Below, in pieces: positions 39,150 to 53,481 of a DNA stretch of 64,000 nt. Within the stretch, counting starts at the first letter, position 1. Every line of letters begins with the position of its first letter. Source of the DNA: Trichosphaerium sp. ATCC 40318 (taxonomy: Eukaryota; Protista; Tubulinea); contig JALMLS010000299.1 in the NCBI GenBank assembly GCA_038496445.1, positions 202,311 to 266,310 on the forward strand. The letters run 5' to 3'. The notes beneath the pieces are model-generated. The model had not been told where the DNA came from. It ran no database searches and saw only the letters and a list, made by a program, of their open reading frames with translations. The position numbers and the translations under genes were made by a program.

Positions 39150-42100
39150 TTATTTTGAGTCTTTCTTTTCTTTCACATCTGTCATTGTAGCATCTTCCTC
39201 ATCGGAACTTTCAACAAGTAGCGCCACCAGGGGTTTTGAAGCTAAAAATAAAAGTCACAATCTAATGCCATTAAAGCGCAGTACGTTTTTCAACAGGTGT
39301 TTGAGGTTTTATAGGTTGTCGTGGCTTGGGGTATTGAGTGTACCTACGTAAAGGTTAACAAAATATTATTTGTAGTGCGTACTGCACTGAAGGGTACATC
39401 TGAGGAGTATATCCAGCCATGTTTATTGTCTGAGGTTGAGTAAAAGGCATAGGTGCTCCGACGTGCTGATTGATAGTCTGCAATAGTTGCTTTTTTTTAT
39501 TACACTCTTGTTGAAGCCGTTGTAGGTTACTTGTCAAAGCTTGCATAGAAATAGGTGCTCTATAATATTGGCGCGGTGCCACCATACCTGGATTACCTCG
39601 CGCTGCGAAATATTGGCCTGGATTGTACCCGTATGTTGGCGCAGGAGGTATCATAGATGGCATTGGCATATTGGGGAGTCGTGGCTGGGAGTCCTTATTG
39701 CCAAAGTATAAGTCTACAATAAAGAGTTATGCTATTTAGTTTGATGTAGTAACACTCACTGTGCATGCGATGCGCCAACGCAGTTGCCTGATTAGGTTTT
39801 TGATCACCGTCAGGTGTATTGAGACCAAATCTGTCAATCTTGAGAGGTTTTGCAGCTTGTGGCCGCGTTTTCTTAGGGAGAACATTCTTAGACTTTAACA
39901 TATAATTTGAAGGGATAATTTTAGCTTTCTTTCTCAGTGGTGCAACCTTTATAGTTTCGATGTCCATTTCAATTCTAGGACACGGGTTAAGTACAAGTCG
40001 TTTAAATAAGCTTACATGTAATCATCAGGTTGATCCTCTTCGTCATCATGTATGTACTCTTCTTCATCTTCGTCACCCTCAGCAAACCCTCTCTCTCGGT
40101 AGTTTACAGCTTTTCGTTTGCGTTTCCCTATACAACCGTAAGCATGGACTTCACATTTCGGAAGTAATAAAAAAAACACTGAAATAAACCAGCAATTACC
40201 ACGCCCTCGCTCGTCTTCAACTTTTTTGTGTCTTGACTGTATACGATGCTTCAATAGTTTATCCCAATACTCTTCAACCTTTTGTTCAGCTTTTTTAGAG
40301 CCTTTGAGCATCGTATCATTGTCCCACAACTTGGCCACCGTAAAGTTACCAACCAGATCTCCTAAAGCGTCCTTTTCCTCTAAAACTTTGGCCTCTTTCT
40401 TTTCTTTTTGGTCTCTGTCCAACAGTTGATCAATTTGTGCTTCATCCTATGTTTACCAATAAGCCGTTTTTCTTGGCAAAACAATCTAGTAAGTCGTACA
40501 TAGTTGTATTCATCGTCATCTGTCTCTGCAAACAAATGAGCTGTTCCGTAGCTTATCAGTTTATTAATTTCTCCTTGATTGAGAGCCTTTCCCATCTTTT
40601 TGACAACAATTTCCTCAAGCACCAACTTGTTCTTGGCACGATCGATGATTGCTTCCTCAACAGAATTGCGGCATACAAATTGATAGATCATTACTTTGTT
40701 TCGTTGCCCAATGCGATGGGCTCTGCTTAAAGCCTGAATATCATTGTGGGGGTTGAAATCAGAGTCATACAAAATGACAGTATCTGATAACAGAAGTTAG
40801 TATGCTATTTGATTGATGGTGAGTGCACCTGCTGACGCTAGATTTAATCCAACACCACCTGCTCTAAATAAATTGTGAGATCACGACTATCACAAGCATC
40901 AACGTACTTGGTACTAAGCAAAAAAATAAAGTACTTGTCAGTCTGAGTATTAAATTTTTCAATTTCTCGCTCTCGATCTTGGCCTGTTACTGCACCATCT
41001 AATCTACAATAATGCCATCCATAATGCTTGATAGTATTTTTTAGTTCTTTAGTCACTACAATTGAAAACATACGTTAAGATAATCCTCTAAAATATCAAG
41101 AAGCTTCGTCATGTGTGAGAATAATAGAACTCTGTGCCCTTGCTTATCTAGCTTCCGCAACATTTTGTCCAAAATAAATAATTTACCACACGATTCAACC
41201 ATCATTCTAAAGTTGCTTGTAAGAATTTTGTAGCTCGAGTTAGTTTTTTTGTTAGTACTTCATTTCTTTGTCCTCATCCTCGATATCCGGTTCGACGTTG
41301 GGGATGAGATATGGATGATTGCATAGCTTCTGTAGTTGCGCTAAGATGTTCGTCATGCGCACCTTTGTCCCGTGTACCTATTACATAATAAGCGGAATTG
41401 AGGGCTTTGTGGAAAATTGTACCCTTGCTAAATACTCATAGTTTCGTTCTATAATGTTCTTGTACAAATCTTTTTGAAACTTGGTTAACGAAATTGGAAC
41501 AATCAATGACACCTAAATGGAATTTAATAAATAAGAGTTTTAGGATAGCTTTTTTTTTACCTTAGCAGGGATCAGTTGTGCAACGACATCCTTCTTGAGC
41601 CTTCTGAGCATATGTGGGCTTAAAAGTTCGTGCAATTGTTTGACCTTTGAAGGAAATGAGCTACAAGAGTTCATTGAGTAGAACTTTACCTGATCTTTTT
41701 GATGCAAGTCTGAAAATCGCTCAAGAAGTTTATCGGGTTTGTGACTCTGATCAATAAAATACAACATATTAAACAACTCAGTAAGATTGTTTTGAAGAGG
41801 AGTTCCTGTGAGCAATACTCTGTGCTTTGTTCGCCAGGTAATCAACCGCTTAAATAGTTTAGAACGATCACTCTTGAGCCTGTGTCCTTCGTCTACTATG
41901 AGAGCCTATTTTTTATATTACATAAGAAACTCGTGATGCAATAACAAAGTTCGTACCTCCCAATTGAACTTCTTTAATATAATGGAATCGCGAAGAGCAA
42001 TCTCATAAGACGTTAATAGCACTTCAAATTTACATTGCTTGTCCTTTGAGAAAAACTCCTTCTGCCTTATCAATTGTCGTGATTCATGACCGCCCTTATA

Positions 42101-43958
42101 ACACACCACATTCAGCTTGGGCGCCCACTTTGCAAATTCATTGTCCCAGTTAGTAATAGTAGACAAAGGCGCAATCACAATAAATGGTTCGCGTGTACTC
42201 TCCTGCATTCTCAAGGACACGATAAACGCTATAGACTGTATTGTTTTACCGAGACCCATCTCATCTTAAAGAGAACAAATGAGTATTTGCATCAATTTGT
42301 AGAAACAAAAAAAAAGTGTACCTGCTAAAATACCGTTGGTCCCCTTATGCCACGAATAGCGTAACCAATTAACACCATCCAATTGAAATTTGTACAAATT
42401 TAGGCCATTGTCAAAATATTTGGGTGTTTCAGTCCATTCTTCGAAGTTACCTAAACACATATGTTTGTAAAGTGCAATTTAATAAATGTAGGAATTACTG
42501 GCATCTTTCTTTGGTTCTTTCATTGTTTTCTTCACTTCTTGCCACACTTCGAACCGCTCAACACGCTCTTTGTATGCCTATAGTTGATGCAATTGATATC
42601 AGTGCTGAATACAATGGAAAAGCTACCTTCAATTGTACAGGAAACCTCCGTTTGATAACCTTTGAATCTTCCCATGTACTATCCAAAAATTCTAACCCAC
42701 ACCAACTTACAAAGTATTGCTTTAAAGTCTTAGCAACACGTCTTGCAATTAGTTAGCTCACTAAAAAGATATACGAGAGCGTATACCTTTCTGCCACTAC
42801 ACGGTGCACTCTTTCATTCTGTGCACGCTTCATGTCTAGGTTCTTATCTGGACCTTTGCGTTTAAAATTTTTCCATTTTATGTGCGCCAATCTCTTCACG
42901 TGACGTTCTTTAACCCACTCATTGTGTATGTGAGAAAAACCCTTCCATTTGATACAATATTCTCGGTGGTTCTATAGTACCGCGGTCACTAAAAATCCAT
43001 GTCCTATCGTACGTACATCCTCGTCAAGTCTACTTTCTAGTATTACATCTATCTGTTTGTCATCGTGCTCAAATTCTTCGTCACTATCGCTCTCACTCTC
43101 GCTTTTTCTCTCCTAACCACATTTTTGGATAAATACATACCATAAGTGAGCTACCTGGTTATCTTCTCGTTTTTTTCGTATCCTGCAATAAGAAGAATTA
43201 ATTAACGAGCTTTAATTTTTAAATAGTGGCTCTCTGACAAATAAAACTAACGCACGATGCTTGCTTCTTCTCAAAAGCAGCTATGGCGCCATCATCAATG
43301 TTCTCAGCAGGCTCCCACGTGTTGTGATCGCTACCATAGCCTTCCCACGAGATCAAGTAATGAGCGTTGCCCTGAGGTTCCTTTAACGCGGTGCCAGAAT
43401 CAAAGGAAATAGAGCGGTTGAGACTTACACTAATTACTCGCTTGCTGAGTATCTCCTTGACAACATAGCGGTCCTCTTCGGATTCGTCCATATCCATGTC
43501 TTGCATCTCGGCAAGAAGCTCATTTTGGCGTTTATTTAACCACTTTATTGCTATCCTACGCGCACGTGAGCGAATTCGTTAAAGTTGATTTTTAAATGAA
43601 ATTATGGGGTTATTTTTTCTTTGTACAGCGCTGCTTTTTTCAAGCTGGTGTTTCTTCCAGCTTTACTCAGCTTTTTGAGTCTTCGTTGCGTTTGATTTTG
43701 TATTTGGTGCTCTTCTATCCACTGACTGCGTAATATATTAGTATCGCTTCAACGATGGTCTCATCTTACACATCACCCTTGCCAAAGAAAAACAGGGCGT
43801 GGTGTTGCGGTTCTGCGTTGGAATTTGCGTATTTTGTGCATTCTTGCTCACTGGCAGCCTATTTACGTAAACGAGGGTATAAATAATGCACTACAAACCC
43901 TAGCAGGCCACATTGACCCATCGCTGCGTTTTGCTAGCACCACTTTATTGCTAAACAT
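39150..43958 (-). CDS. CHD-family chromodomain SNF2 helicase (PWWP-like + three chromodomains)
   Basis: [62 protein letters not shown]; three chromo-like exon sets; start tentative. Confidence 0.92.
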
Positions 43959-44259
43959 GCTCAAAATTGATTGGACATTGTTCTTGATAGATTAGTTTAT
44001 TTTTTACCGCGCTTGGTATTTCCTGTTGATCGCTTAAGTGCTTTCACCTTAAGCGACTTGATAATGTTGACACGTGTTTAGTATTTTGAGCTCACAAGGA
44101 CCCAAAATTTAATTCTCATAACGCGAGGCGTGCTTTTACAACAAAGATAACGGGAGGTAGTGACTAGAGTATACTGGAGCAAAGCTTTTATACTGCAATG
44201 TGTCAAAATCATTTGCACAAGTGTCAAAATAATTATGTTTTTGAAAGCAATTTTTTTTT

Positions 44260-45327
44260 TTACTTAGAATCAGCAAGCCTTGCCTTTGACTCGGCCTCGT
44301 ATTTCATTCTGGTCCATTTGTCACCTGTTGGTGCAAAAGTAGTTGGCTCCTTGTCTTCCGTTCGTTTTCTGGTGCGTCTTCGCTTTTTCTTTTTACGTTG
44401 TACATCTGCATTGTCCTCGTCATCTGCAGCCTCTTCTCGTTCGCGTTTTCGAGCCTCTCTTTGCTCTTGTCTATGAAAAGCTTTGAGGGCCTTAGCCTCA
44501 CGCTCTATCTGTTTTTGTGCCCTCTTCACCAAATTAGATTTTTTTTCTGCAGCATACTCTTCGTGGTAAATATTTTGTTTTTCGCTTTCTGTCATAGCAT
44601 TAGAACGTGCTAATCTCTGCAGTAATTATGAGTAAGCATAATATGTCCTTATTTTTGGCTTATACCTTTTCGATTTGCTTTTTTTGAAAGACGCTTGGTC
44701 TGGATAGATTAACACACCGAAAGTCTAGAAATATTATAGGCACGTGAGCTATTGTACCAAGCTCACGGCGTAATCCCTGGTCTTGAGCACATACAATGAA
44801 GTGTGGATGCTGTACTAAGTCTACACAACAACGGTGGCTGTTAAAGTCTACAATGTAAATGAGGTTGCAGCCAAAAAAAAGCAAAATAAAAACGAAGAAA
44901 ACTTGGTAAAAACAAAATGGTGGGTCCTTGTACCTATTTTCTGTGAGCACGAACAAGAGTACTGTCGAGCATGCTTTTTAAGCTTTCTAACGCATTCGCT
45001 TTCGTCTTTTTTTAGTTTGTTAGTAACAGCGTAAATAGTAAAATAGCGAACCTTTCTTAATTAACTCTCTTAGGGTACAAGGAGAATAAAACAGTGTAAA
45101 ATCTTCTGTACGCAATAAAGTCGTGATTAAATGCTTGAAATCAAACTTCCCACACACATGACGTATAAATGATGCATCGACTGCTCATAATTCGTGAATA
45201 AATGAAAAATAAACGTTTGTAAAAGCAATCTACGCTTACCCAGTAAATTATAAGGCGGCTTGATGTCGTAATGCATACCAAACCAACGTAGGGTTTGGCG
45301 TACTGCCTTATTTCTCTTTTTTCCCAT
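44260..45327 (-). CDS. UTP23: rRNA-processing PIN-like protein UTP23
   Basis: MGKKRNKAVRQTLRWFGMHYDIKPPYNLLVDASF, PCTLRELIK, FIVCAQDQGLRRELGTIAHVPIIF, basic tail. Confidence 0.8.
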
Positions 45328-45434
45328 AGTTGTTGTTTGTTTTGCGTTGTTCAGAAAAAAAAAACTCAAGGCATTTGCACAGCTTAAGCCACTTTTCATT
45401 GTCTTGTACATTGTATTCAGTTGTTTTTCCACCC

Positions 45435-48400
45435 ATGAGCAGGACCTACCTGCGATGGAAGCTGACAGAAACCTTTGGCGTGGTTACATCAAACCCTTGT
45501 AACGTAGTTTTCGACAATGATGGGAAAGGGGCTATCACAGGCGCTTTAGAAGCCATTCTAGTATGGCATGTCAGAAAAGGCGTAATTATGCGGCATTACG
45601 TTGACATTGAAGAAAGAACAAAGGCGTCGCCCGTTGTACGCGTTTTGGTGACTCCAGATAGTAGATTATTGATAGCTGGGTATGTAGGCCCACTCCTTTG
45701 ATATGAGAGCTCTCAGGGCCTAATTTATGCATAATTTTTGTTGTTACGCCCACCATTGCATGTTTTGGTGTTTTTCTCAATAAAAACAAAATGTACTAAC
45801 TGCCTGAGTAGCTACCAAGACGGCACTATACGCGTATGGGATAATAAAGAGCGAACTCTGCTCACGGTATTCCGTGGACACACTTCCACCATTACATCAC
45901 TTGTATTACATCCTGATGGCACAATACTGGCTTCTGGTAAATACAAACAGCAAAGTTTTTTTTTTTTCTCTCAACTAAACAATAAAAAAGGGTCGACTGA
46001 CACAGACATAATTCTTTGGGATATTGTTGCTTTGGAAGGTCTCTTTAGGTATGTTTTAATTCATGTCAAGTTATAAAAATAACGTCACTGTAGGCTTCGC
46101 GGACACACTAATGCCATAACACATTTGAAATTTATACAAAATGGCTCTACACTCGTGTCAAGTTCCAAAGATGGCTATATCAAAGTGTGGGATTTTGAAT
46201 CGCGCCATTGTGTACAAACAGTCATAAGCGACGAGGGAGAAGTGCGTAGCTATTTATTTGAAGTTGTACTCAATTGTTTTGGTAGTTTCATGGATTTGAC
46301 ATTGACGATGCGGAATCGAGGTTAATAGCCCTCACGGGAAAACGCAAAGCGTTAGTGTATTACTTGGTTGAACCAGAAGTATGTTACTGGAATATTGTAC
46401 TCCAGCTGTTTCACTAACACATTTCAAAGGAAGCGAAAAAGTATGAACTGGAAGAGCGCAAAGCAAACGGTATTGATGACGAAGACATTGACGAAGAGCT
46501 ACAAGTGGACACTTCTGTGTTTACACAAAAACGCATTGTGTACTGGGGCGAGTTTCCACGCAAGAGCAAGACAAACGTGCGTAAAAAGACAACTGTTGCT
46601 TAACTGTGCATATTCAAAATCCATAAAGGTTGTATCTGTACAATATAATCCAGAAAACTCAATGGTCGCTCTACAAACCACATCGCAATTATTGGAACTA
46701 TACACAGTCAACGACGAAGAAACAATAAAGAAGAAAATGGCTAAACGAAAAAGACGTGCAAACAAGAAACAAAAAGAGCGTGCCAAGGCAGGAGACGCTG
46801 ATGCAGGTATGCTATCAAGCCGGTTTAATTATCTCATCACCCATTAATACATAAAACAGAACAAGTCAATGAAGTGGTTAAGACTCCAGATATTGAATTT
46901 CAAGCTCTGGGACTTCTCCAGGCATCTGGAAAACTATTGAGCTTTGCGTTTTCTCCAACACGTGGCTCAGGAGAGGTACAAATTTTGTTCATTGTTTTCA
47001 AAAAAAACCAAAAGGTCTTACAGCAACTGTAAATAGATACTGTTGGCTTTAGCAGACAATCGTATGGAATTTTATCGCCCAGCTAGTGACGGGCAAGGCT
47101 ACAATAGCGTTGCCACTATTGAACAACCTGGACATCGCTCAGATATTCGTGCAGTTGCTATCAGCCCAGCAGATACCGCAATAATGACACTCGGCCAAGG
47201 TATTGTTCACAAATTTTTAGCTACCTGTGGCGAAATTAAGCTTAATTTAGATGGTTTGAAGATATGGCGAGCTGGTACTTTGTTTTGCATTCGCTCAATG
47301 AAAACACAAGGCTATGCAACATGTGGCTACTTTGTTGGAGGAGATCGCTACGTTAGTTGGTAAACGTGCTTATTGATGGCTAAGTTTATATTTAGGTAAT
47401 CATTGGCACACGTGAAGGAACACTTGAAATCTATGACTTGGAGATAGCGCGCAATGTAGAAAATATCAAGGCTCATGACGGCGAAATATGGGATATACAT
47501 GAACGTCCTGATGGGTACGGCTTACCAAATATGAAATACATTTAGAAATAATTCTTTGTTGACAGAAAAGGATTTGTCACGGCGAGTGCTGACAATACAG
47601 TTGGCTTTTGGGACTTAGATGCTGTACCAGACAAAGAAAGGGGTGGTAGAAAACTAAGGTATTATAAACAAAGCAACTGCTTGTGGTGTGAAGCGCTAGT
47701 TATTCTTTTAAAAATCGATTTTCACGCCATTGCAAAAGTTCGTAACATCAACGGCTCTGTAGCATAGTGGTTATTGCACCTGCTTCGTAAGCAGGGGGTC
47801 GTGGGTTCGACTCCCACCAGTGCCTCTTTTTTTCCTTCTCGTTTGTTTGCTTGTATTTACCGCTAACTTTGAAATAGTGCCAAGAAAATAAATTCCCTTG
47901 ATATGGGTGAAGATGTTTTGAGTGTTAGATACTCAAAGCAAGGCAAATTTGTGGCTGCTGCACTACTTTCTTCAAATATCAAAATTATATTTGCTGACTC
48001 TGGAAAGGAATTCATCAGGCTATACGGACATAAGGTAAATTGATTGAATAGTTAATACGTGTTCCATGGTTTCTAAAGTTATTTGCAGTTGCCTGCGCTT
48101 TGCTGTGATTTTTCAGATGATGAACAAGTCATTGTAACTGGTAGTGCCGACAAAAACGTTAAGATTTGGAGCACCGACTTTGGAGAGTGTAAAAAATCTT
48201 TGTTTGCACATGACGACACAATAACAAAAGTACTTGTTTGATATTAGAGTGTGAACATTTTTGTAACTTTACCCTTAAAGGTCGCTTTCCAACCAGATAC
48301 GCATTATTTCTTTTCTGCTTCGAAGGATGGCACTATAAAGTATTGGGACGCTGATAAGTTTATTCACATTATGACTTTGGATCAACACCACGCTTCTATT

Positions 48401-49463
48401 TGGGGACTAGCGATATCCGCTACAGTACGCTTACAGTACAACACTTGTTGAACATTGTTTAAATCCTGTAGGGAACATTTATGGTCTCTACTGGTAGTGA
48501 CCGATCGGTGCGCACATGGGAACTAACAGACGAGCCATTGTTTATCGAGGAAGAAGAGGAATTGCGTTTACAAGCAGAGTTTGACAGGACATTAGAAAAG
48601 CAAGACAGATTCAAGCCTGTACGTTAGCTTGTAGTACTCATCCATAAATGGCGGTAGCTCATAATTTTATGTTTAGCCAGATTCAAAGGAATCCGGTGAT
48701 GCCGTACGGACGTCGCTTGCATCAATAAAATCTAGCGAAGCCCTCCTTGACGCAATGGATATCATAGGTGAAGAGGAGCAAAAATGGAAGGTATGTGTCA
48801 AGAAGTAGTAGCGTGTAAGAATTTAACTCATGTACGAATTAGGCATACAATATTGAGGCTCAGAGTGTGAAAGAGTTTGGTGGAGATATGCCCGCAAAAC
48901 CTACGCCTAACGTGTACTTACTCGGCAAATCACCATCAGGTATGTGTACTACTCATTTTTATCTCATACCATTGTCTCACCTTCTTCTTCTAACTTTTCT
49001 CGTTACAGAGTACCTACTATACTGCTTAAAACGTGTCAACTTGGCTGACCTCCAGCAAGCTATCTCTAATATTCCATTTTCCATTATTTTGCAATTACTG
49101 CGATACATAGGTACGTTTCTTGTCGTTGTACACTCCAATGGCTGATTACGCTTCTTAGAGAAATGGGTTAAAGCAAAGAAAGATCTTGAGTTGTGCACAC
49201 GCATCATTGTTTATGTTCTCAAAGAGAACCACACCCAAATCTCAACAAATAGAACTATGGAGCAAGTGTTAAGGTCTATCCACGCATCTCTGAGACCGCA
49301 AATCCGAGAGTACAAAGATGTATATGGCTTCAATCTATCCGTGATGAGTAGAGTCAAAAGAGAGCTTGAAGAGCTCTCTAACAAGCCTTTCTGGGACTTG
49401 CAAGAGATTGCTATGGAGAAAAATAGAAAAAGCAAATTTTTGGAGATGGAAAAGGACGCATAA
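45435..49463 (+). CDS. WDR3: U3 snoRNP WD40 protein UTP12/DIP2/WDR3
   Basis: TYLRW...FGVV, WDIVALEGLFRLRGH, PGHRSDIRAVA, LYGHKLPALC, KSLFAHDD, KYWDADKF, C-terminal Dip2 domain DVYGFNL. Confidence 0.95.
47753..47825 (+). tRNA. tRNA-Thr(CGT), inside a UTP12 intron
   Basis: Cloverleaf GGCTCTG/CAGTGCC, anticodon arm CCTGC-TTCGTAA-GCAGG, T-arm GTGGG-TTCGACT-CCCAC, followed by an oligo-T Pol III terminator. Confidence 0.93.
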
Positions 49464-52400
49464 GCAAAACACTAGGTTGTCCATTAATCGCTGCCACTGT
49501 ATCTACAGCACCATGTACAATATTATTTTCTTCCAGTGCTATACGTCAGATTAATAAATAACAAATCCACCCTTTAGTATACCGCAATTTTCTTTTCTGT
49601 GAGATCACGTTTGTTGGTACAACCGAGCACGTGGTTGCAAGCTATAAAATAAAAAAAAGTCTAAATTGGTCTTAAGCGTAACTTCAGCAAGTGCCAAGTA
49701 CTTTCAACACAGCAAATGTCGTCTCTGTTTACTAGAAAGTACGCTCGCAGTTACCGCTATGGAGGCTATGCTACGCTTGGTATATTGGGTTTTTCCGTGT
49801 TGTCAGGCTGGATAAGTGCGTAGCGTACGATTACAGCTGTCTTACGCGTAATAGCATGTAGCACCCTAATAGAAACACTCTCACATCCCCCAAGGGTAAC
49901 GAGCACACTAGATGCGTGCGATTCTCGCTACAGCATCAGGTATGAGGCAATTTTGTCATACACTGTTGTTTCGACGCCTAACAAGCCTAAAGGCAATACT
50001 ACCCATACATTAAAGCTGAAGTGGCCATTGCAGCCCTTGATTTTGCGGTAAAAAGCTGACAACAAAAAAATCAATGAAAAAAAATAAACTTAGCGCGAGT
50101 AGGACGCATTCAGGAAAGGAGAGGAAGAGCTTGATAGGTTCATGAACTACGAAAACTCACGTCGTTGTAAAATAAGAAAAGCAGCCTTCATTTTTGCTGA
50201 GGAGATTTCAGTACGTCATACATATTTACACCATCTTGTGACCAAGCACACCTAACAGATATATTGTTAAACAGCCAGAAAAGTTGAAACACAAAATCCA
50301 ATTGCTTCCGAATGATCATATCCGTTATGTGCGCCAAAAAAACCAGCTGCAACAGCTCAGCTGCCTTGCCTCTTTTTTTTCTTTAAGTGACACATTGCAA
50401 CAGGGAGCTCAAGATGCACTTCGAAAAGGCGTCAAGCTGTTTTGGGTTTATTTTGTACTGAAAAATGACTATGTCATCAGCCAAGTGGCTAAGCCCAATA
50501 ATCCATATATTTCTCTTGGAGAATACCGCACCACCCAGAGGTGGGCTGTAAGGAGGTGCGAGTGAAGCCCTTTAAAATTATTGATGAAATTTGTTTACAA
50601 AACCAACAAGATTCTACACACCATGGTTAACACAGGATCGGGTTTACAAGGAGGCACAAGAAGCTATGGATGGTATAGCCTACGACGGTAGACCAACAAA
50701 AGAACGACACAATTTTGTTTTGGCAAAATTAGACGCCGACTGGTGCTTTCCCTTCTTAAAGCGATATGAAGTATTGTACAGGCTAGATAACAATCCGGAC
50801 AAAAACATAAATCATGGCACGACACAAGGTACAAAACAGCCACAATGTGATTTTGAAACATTTCTCATTCTCTTTTTTTTTTCTTTGTAGTGGGTCAAAT
50901 GTTAGATCATTTCAACAAACCTGTGGAAGATGTACCGACATAAGCGTATATTTATAATTTCTTTTGTACAAATGTTTGAAAAAAAAAAAATACAACCCAA
51001 GAGCGCTCTGCCAAACTCGAGGTTCCTTCTCTTTTTTTTCTGCGTTTTGGTGCAAACGTCACGTTTGCTTGTCCTCTGCTGTGTTATTTGTCGCCATTTC
51101 AGTTTTTAGTATATCTTTATCCACAGCAAACGCTGTGATTTCAGGCTTGCTGTCATCTGTGCTATCACTGAGGATAGAGTTGCCCAGCACACGAACTGTG
51201 CGAGCACTATCAATGTCCATTGTATCGGACACCTTTTCTTCTTGAGATACTTTCTGCGTTGTAACTAGAGATCTTTGTGAGCCCTCTGTGCTAGAGAGCG
51301 TTGCATCTTGAGGTGGCGGCTCAAGTGGCGTGCCAGAGAGGTCTAGAGTAGCGCCTTTGCGTATATTGTAGTGCTTCAATGGTTTGTCATCTTCTAAAGG
51401 TCGCCCATTGTGTGAAAGGTACTGCTTCTCAGGTGGTATCCCTTTTTTGCCCGTAATCGCTGCTTTGACTTGCGAAACCAACGAATTAGGAGTGGCCAGT
51501 ACCTTAAAGTCCGGATAGCGCACATACCGAAAAGTTATCTCGGTGGAGGGGCTAAAATCCTTGCCATTATTAGACACCGATATAGGTACTACTGCGGCAT
51601 CTCCTTGCTGTTTAGGAACTGTGCAAATGATAGAGTTCAGATCGTGAAACGACGCTGGAACACTTAAATCTCCAAATTTAACACGCAACTTTTTAGAGTT
51701 CAAAAAAGAACTACCAAATATGACACACTTGATACCACCGGTAGGAGGTCCTTAACACATTGTCAACAAAGAAAAAAAAACAGCAAGAGTAGTTTTACCA
51801 AAGTTCTTACCTGTGCCTGGTATTATATCATTTACAATTGCTGGAGAATCTTGAGAAGATAGGTATTGCGTGTGTGAATATACTTGTATAACATTTGAGT
51901 ATGTGCAAGCGCCAGGAAGCGGTCTCATTGTGTCGCCACCTTTTACAAATTCTTTCAACTGAAATTTTAGACGAAACCCTCGGCATCCAGCCTATTTTAG
52001 CAAGTCAGTTGTCTTTTTTTGTGTTTGTTTGTTTATACGCACTTGTTGCATCGTTGCCAATATCTTGAGTTTTTTAAAAGTAGCCCACACGCCGCTAAAA
52101 ACTGGTACAATGCGATGGCCATCAAGGCAAGACAACTCACACGAATAATCCTGACGCACAATAGACGCTTGCACAAAGAAATTGCTGTTCGGTTTCTTAG
52201 GCCCTTAAGTAATGCATCAGCTATTTTGCAACTTACATAAATTTTGAACATAATTTTCAAGAATAAGTTAGTTTTTTTATACGTGCCTATCAACATTATT
52301 ACTGGGTAAGGTTTTATAATCCTTTTATATACTGTCCTCACTGGTGGTTGTTGGCCAATCTGTAATCTGTACATAGCTACTGCGAGGGGCTTCAACGGGC

Positions 52401-53481
52401 CATCTACAACTTACATAAGTACAATTAATCTCCACACCTGAGTTTTAAAAGAAAAAAATACTTTAAGAAAGCTATTACATAGCGAGAGGGATAGGGTCTC
52501 AGCTTCTACTGAGAGCTCATCCGCTGAAAATGAAAGGAAGAAAAAACTCCAAGTGGAGCATTAATACGAAGAGCTGTAACACGCACTCTGCGGCTGAGGG
52601 ACATGCGGATTTGCAATCATGCTTATCTTGAAGGGTTTCTTTTTAGGTGTAGTTCTACTGCTTAGTATGACGCTCGAACTTCGTGGCTTCCTTCTGACTC
52701 TCTTTTTACCCCGCTTCTTTGTAGGCGTGCCATTGGTTGGAACTTCCTACTCCACGCATAAGATAATAGCCGATACTCTTTTGTGCATATAAAATAAAAC
52801 AAAAAAAAAAATGGCATATTTGCCTTAACTACAGTCTCTTCTTGATAATCCGTGTCCTTGTCGTCACTAAAAAAATTCTCTTGCGGATTTGCGCTACTCT
52901 TCAAGTTCACGTAACCATTGATAGGAGGGGCAACACAAAAGTTAGCGCACAAAACAAATGAAATGAAATTTCGGTGTATAAAGCTTCTATGTACCTGAAT
53001 ATGACCTCGCTCGCCTGCATGGAATAGCCAGTCAGAATAGGTATTTTTAACGCGTAAAATAGATGTTTTGCTTTCTGTTTTGATTGTTTGGGACGAAAAA
53101 AAAAAAAAAAGAAGATTGATATTAAACCAAAAGAAGTGTGACACGTACCTAACTCTGCGTCGTTGCCTACTACTGTTGTCGTAGCGATGTGGCCCAGTTG
53201 CCAAGTGAGTACCATGACTGTGTTTGAGTTGCAACAACTTTCTTATCTATATTCTCCAGGTCAGAGCAGTTACAAAAAAAAAAAAAAAGTTGAGGAGTTA
53301 TCTCGTTCTATGTTGTCCGTTTCTTGCAAGTTTATATTATTTTTTGGGTTGCAGCGACGTGCGGGTCTTTTTTTGTACAAAGGCGAAGTAAAAATTATTT
53401 TGGTATTTGATTTGCGTACAGCTTGGAATTCTGGGTCATCTTGCAGTTCGAGGTCTATCTTTGGTCTTTTCCGCGGTGGTT
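48588..53481. repeat. Left arm of large inverted duplication (may extend further left)
   Basis: Near-identical reverse complement of 59103-64000; mirrored ORFs in the track, e.g. 51059..51703- vs 60880..61524+. Confidence 0.97.
49716..50943 (+). CDS. Hypothetical protein with N-terminal TM helix (copy 1)
   Basis: Spliced frame MSSLFTRKYARSYRYGGYATLGILGFSVLSGWI...QYYPYIKAEVAIAALDFA...RFYTPWLTQDRVYKE...VEDVPT*, all GT-AG introns. Confidence 0.6.
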
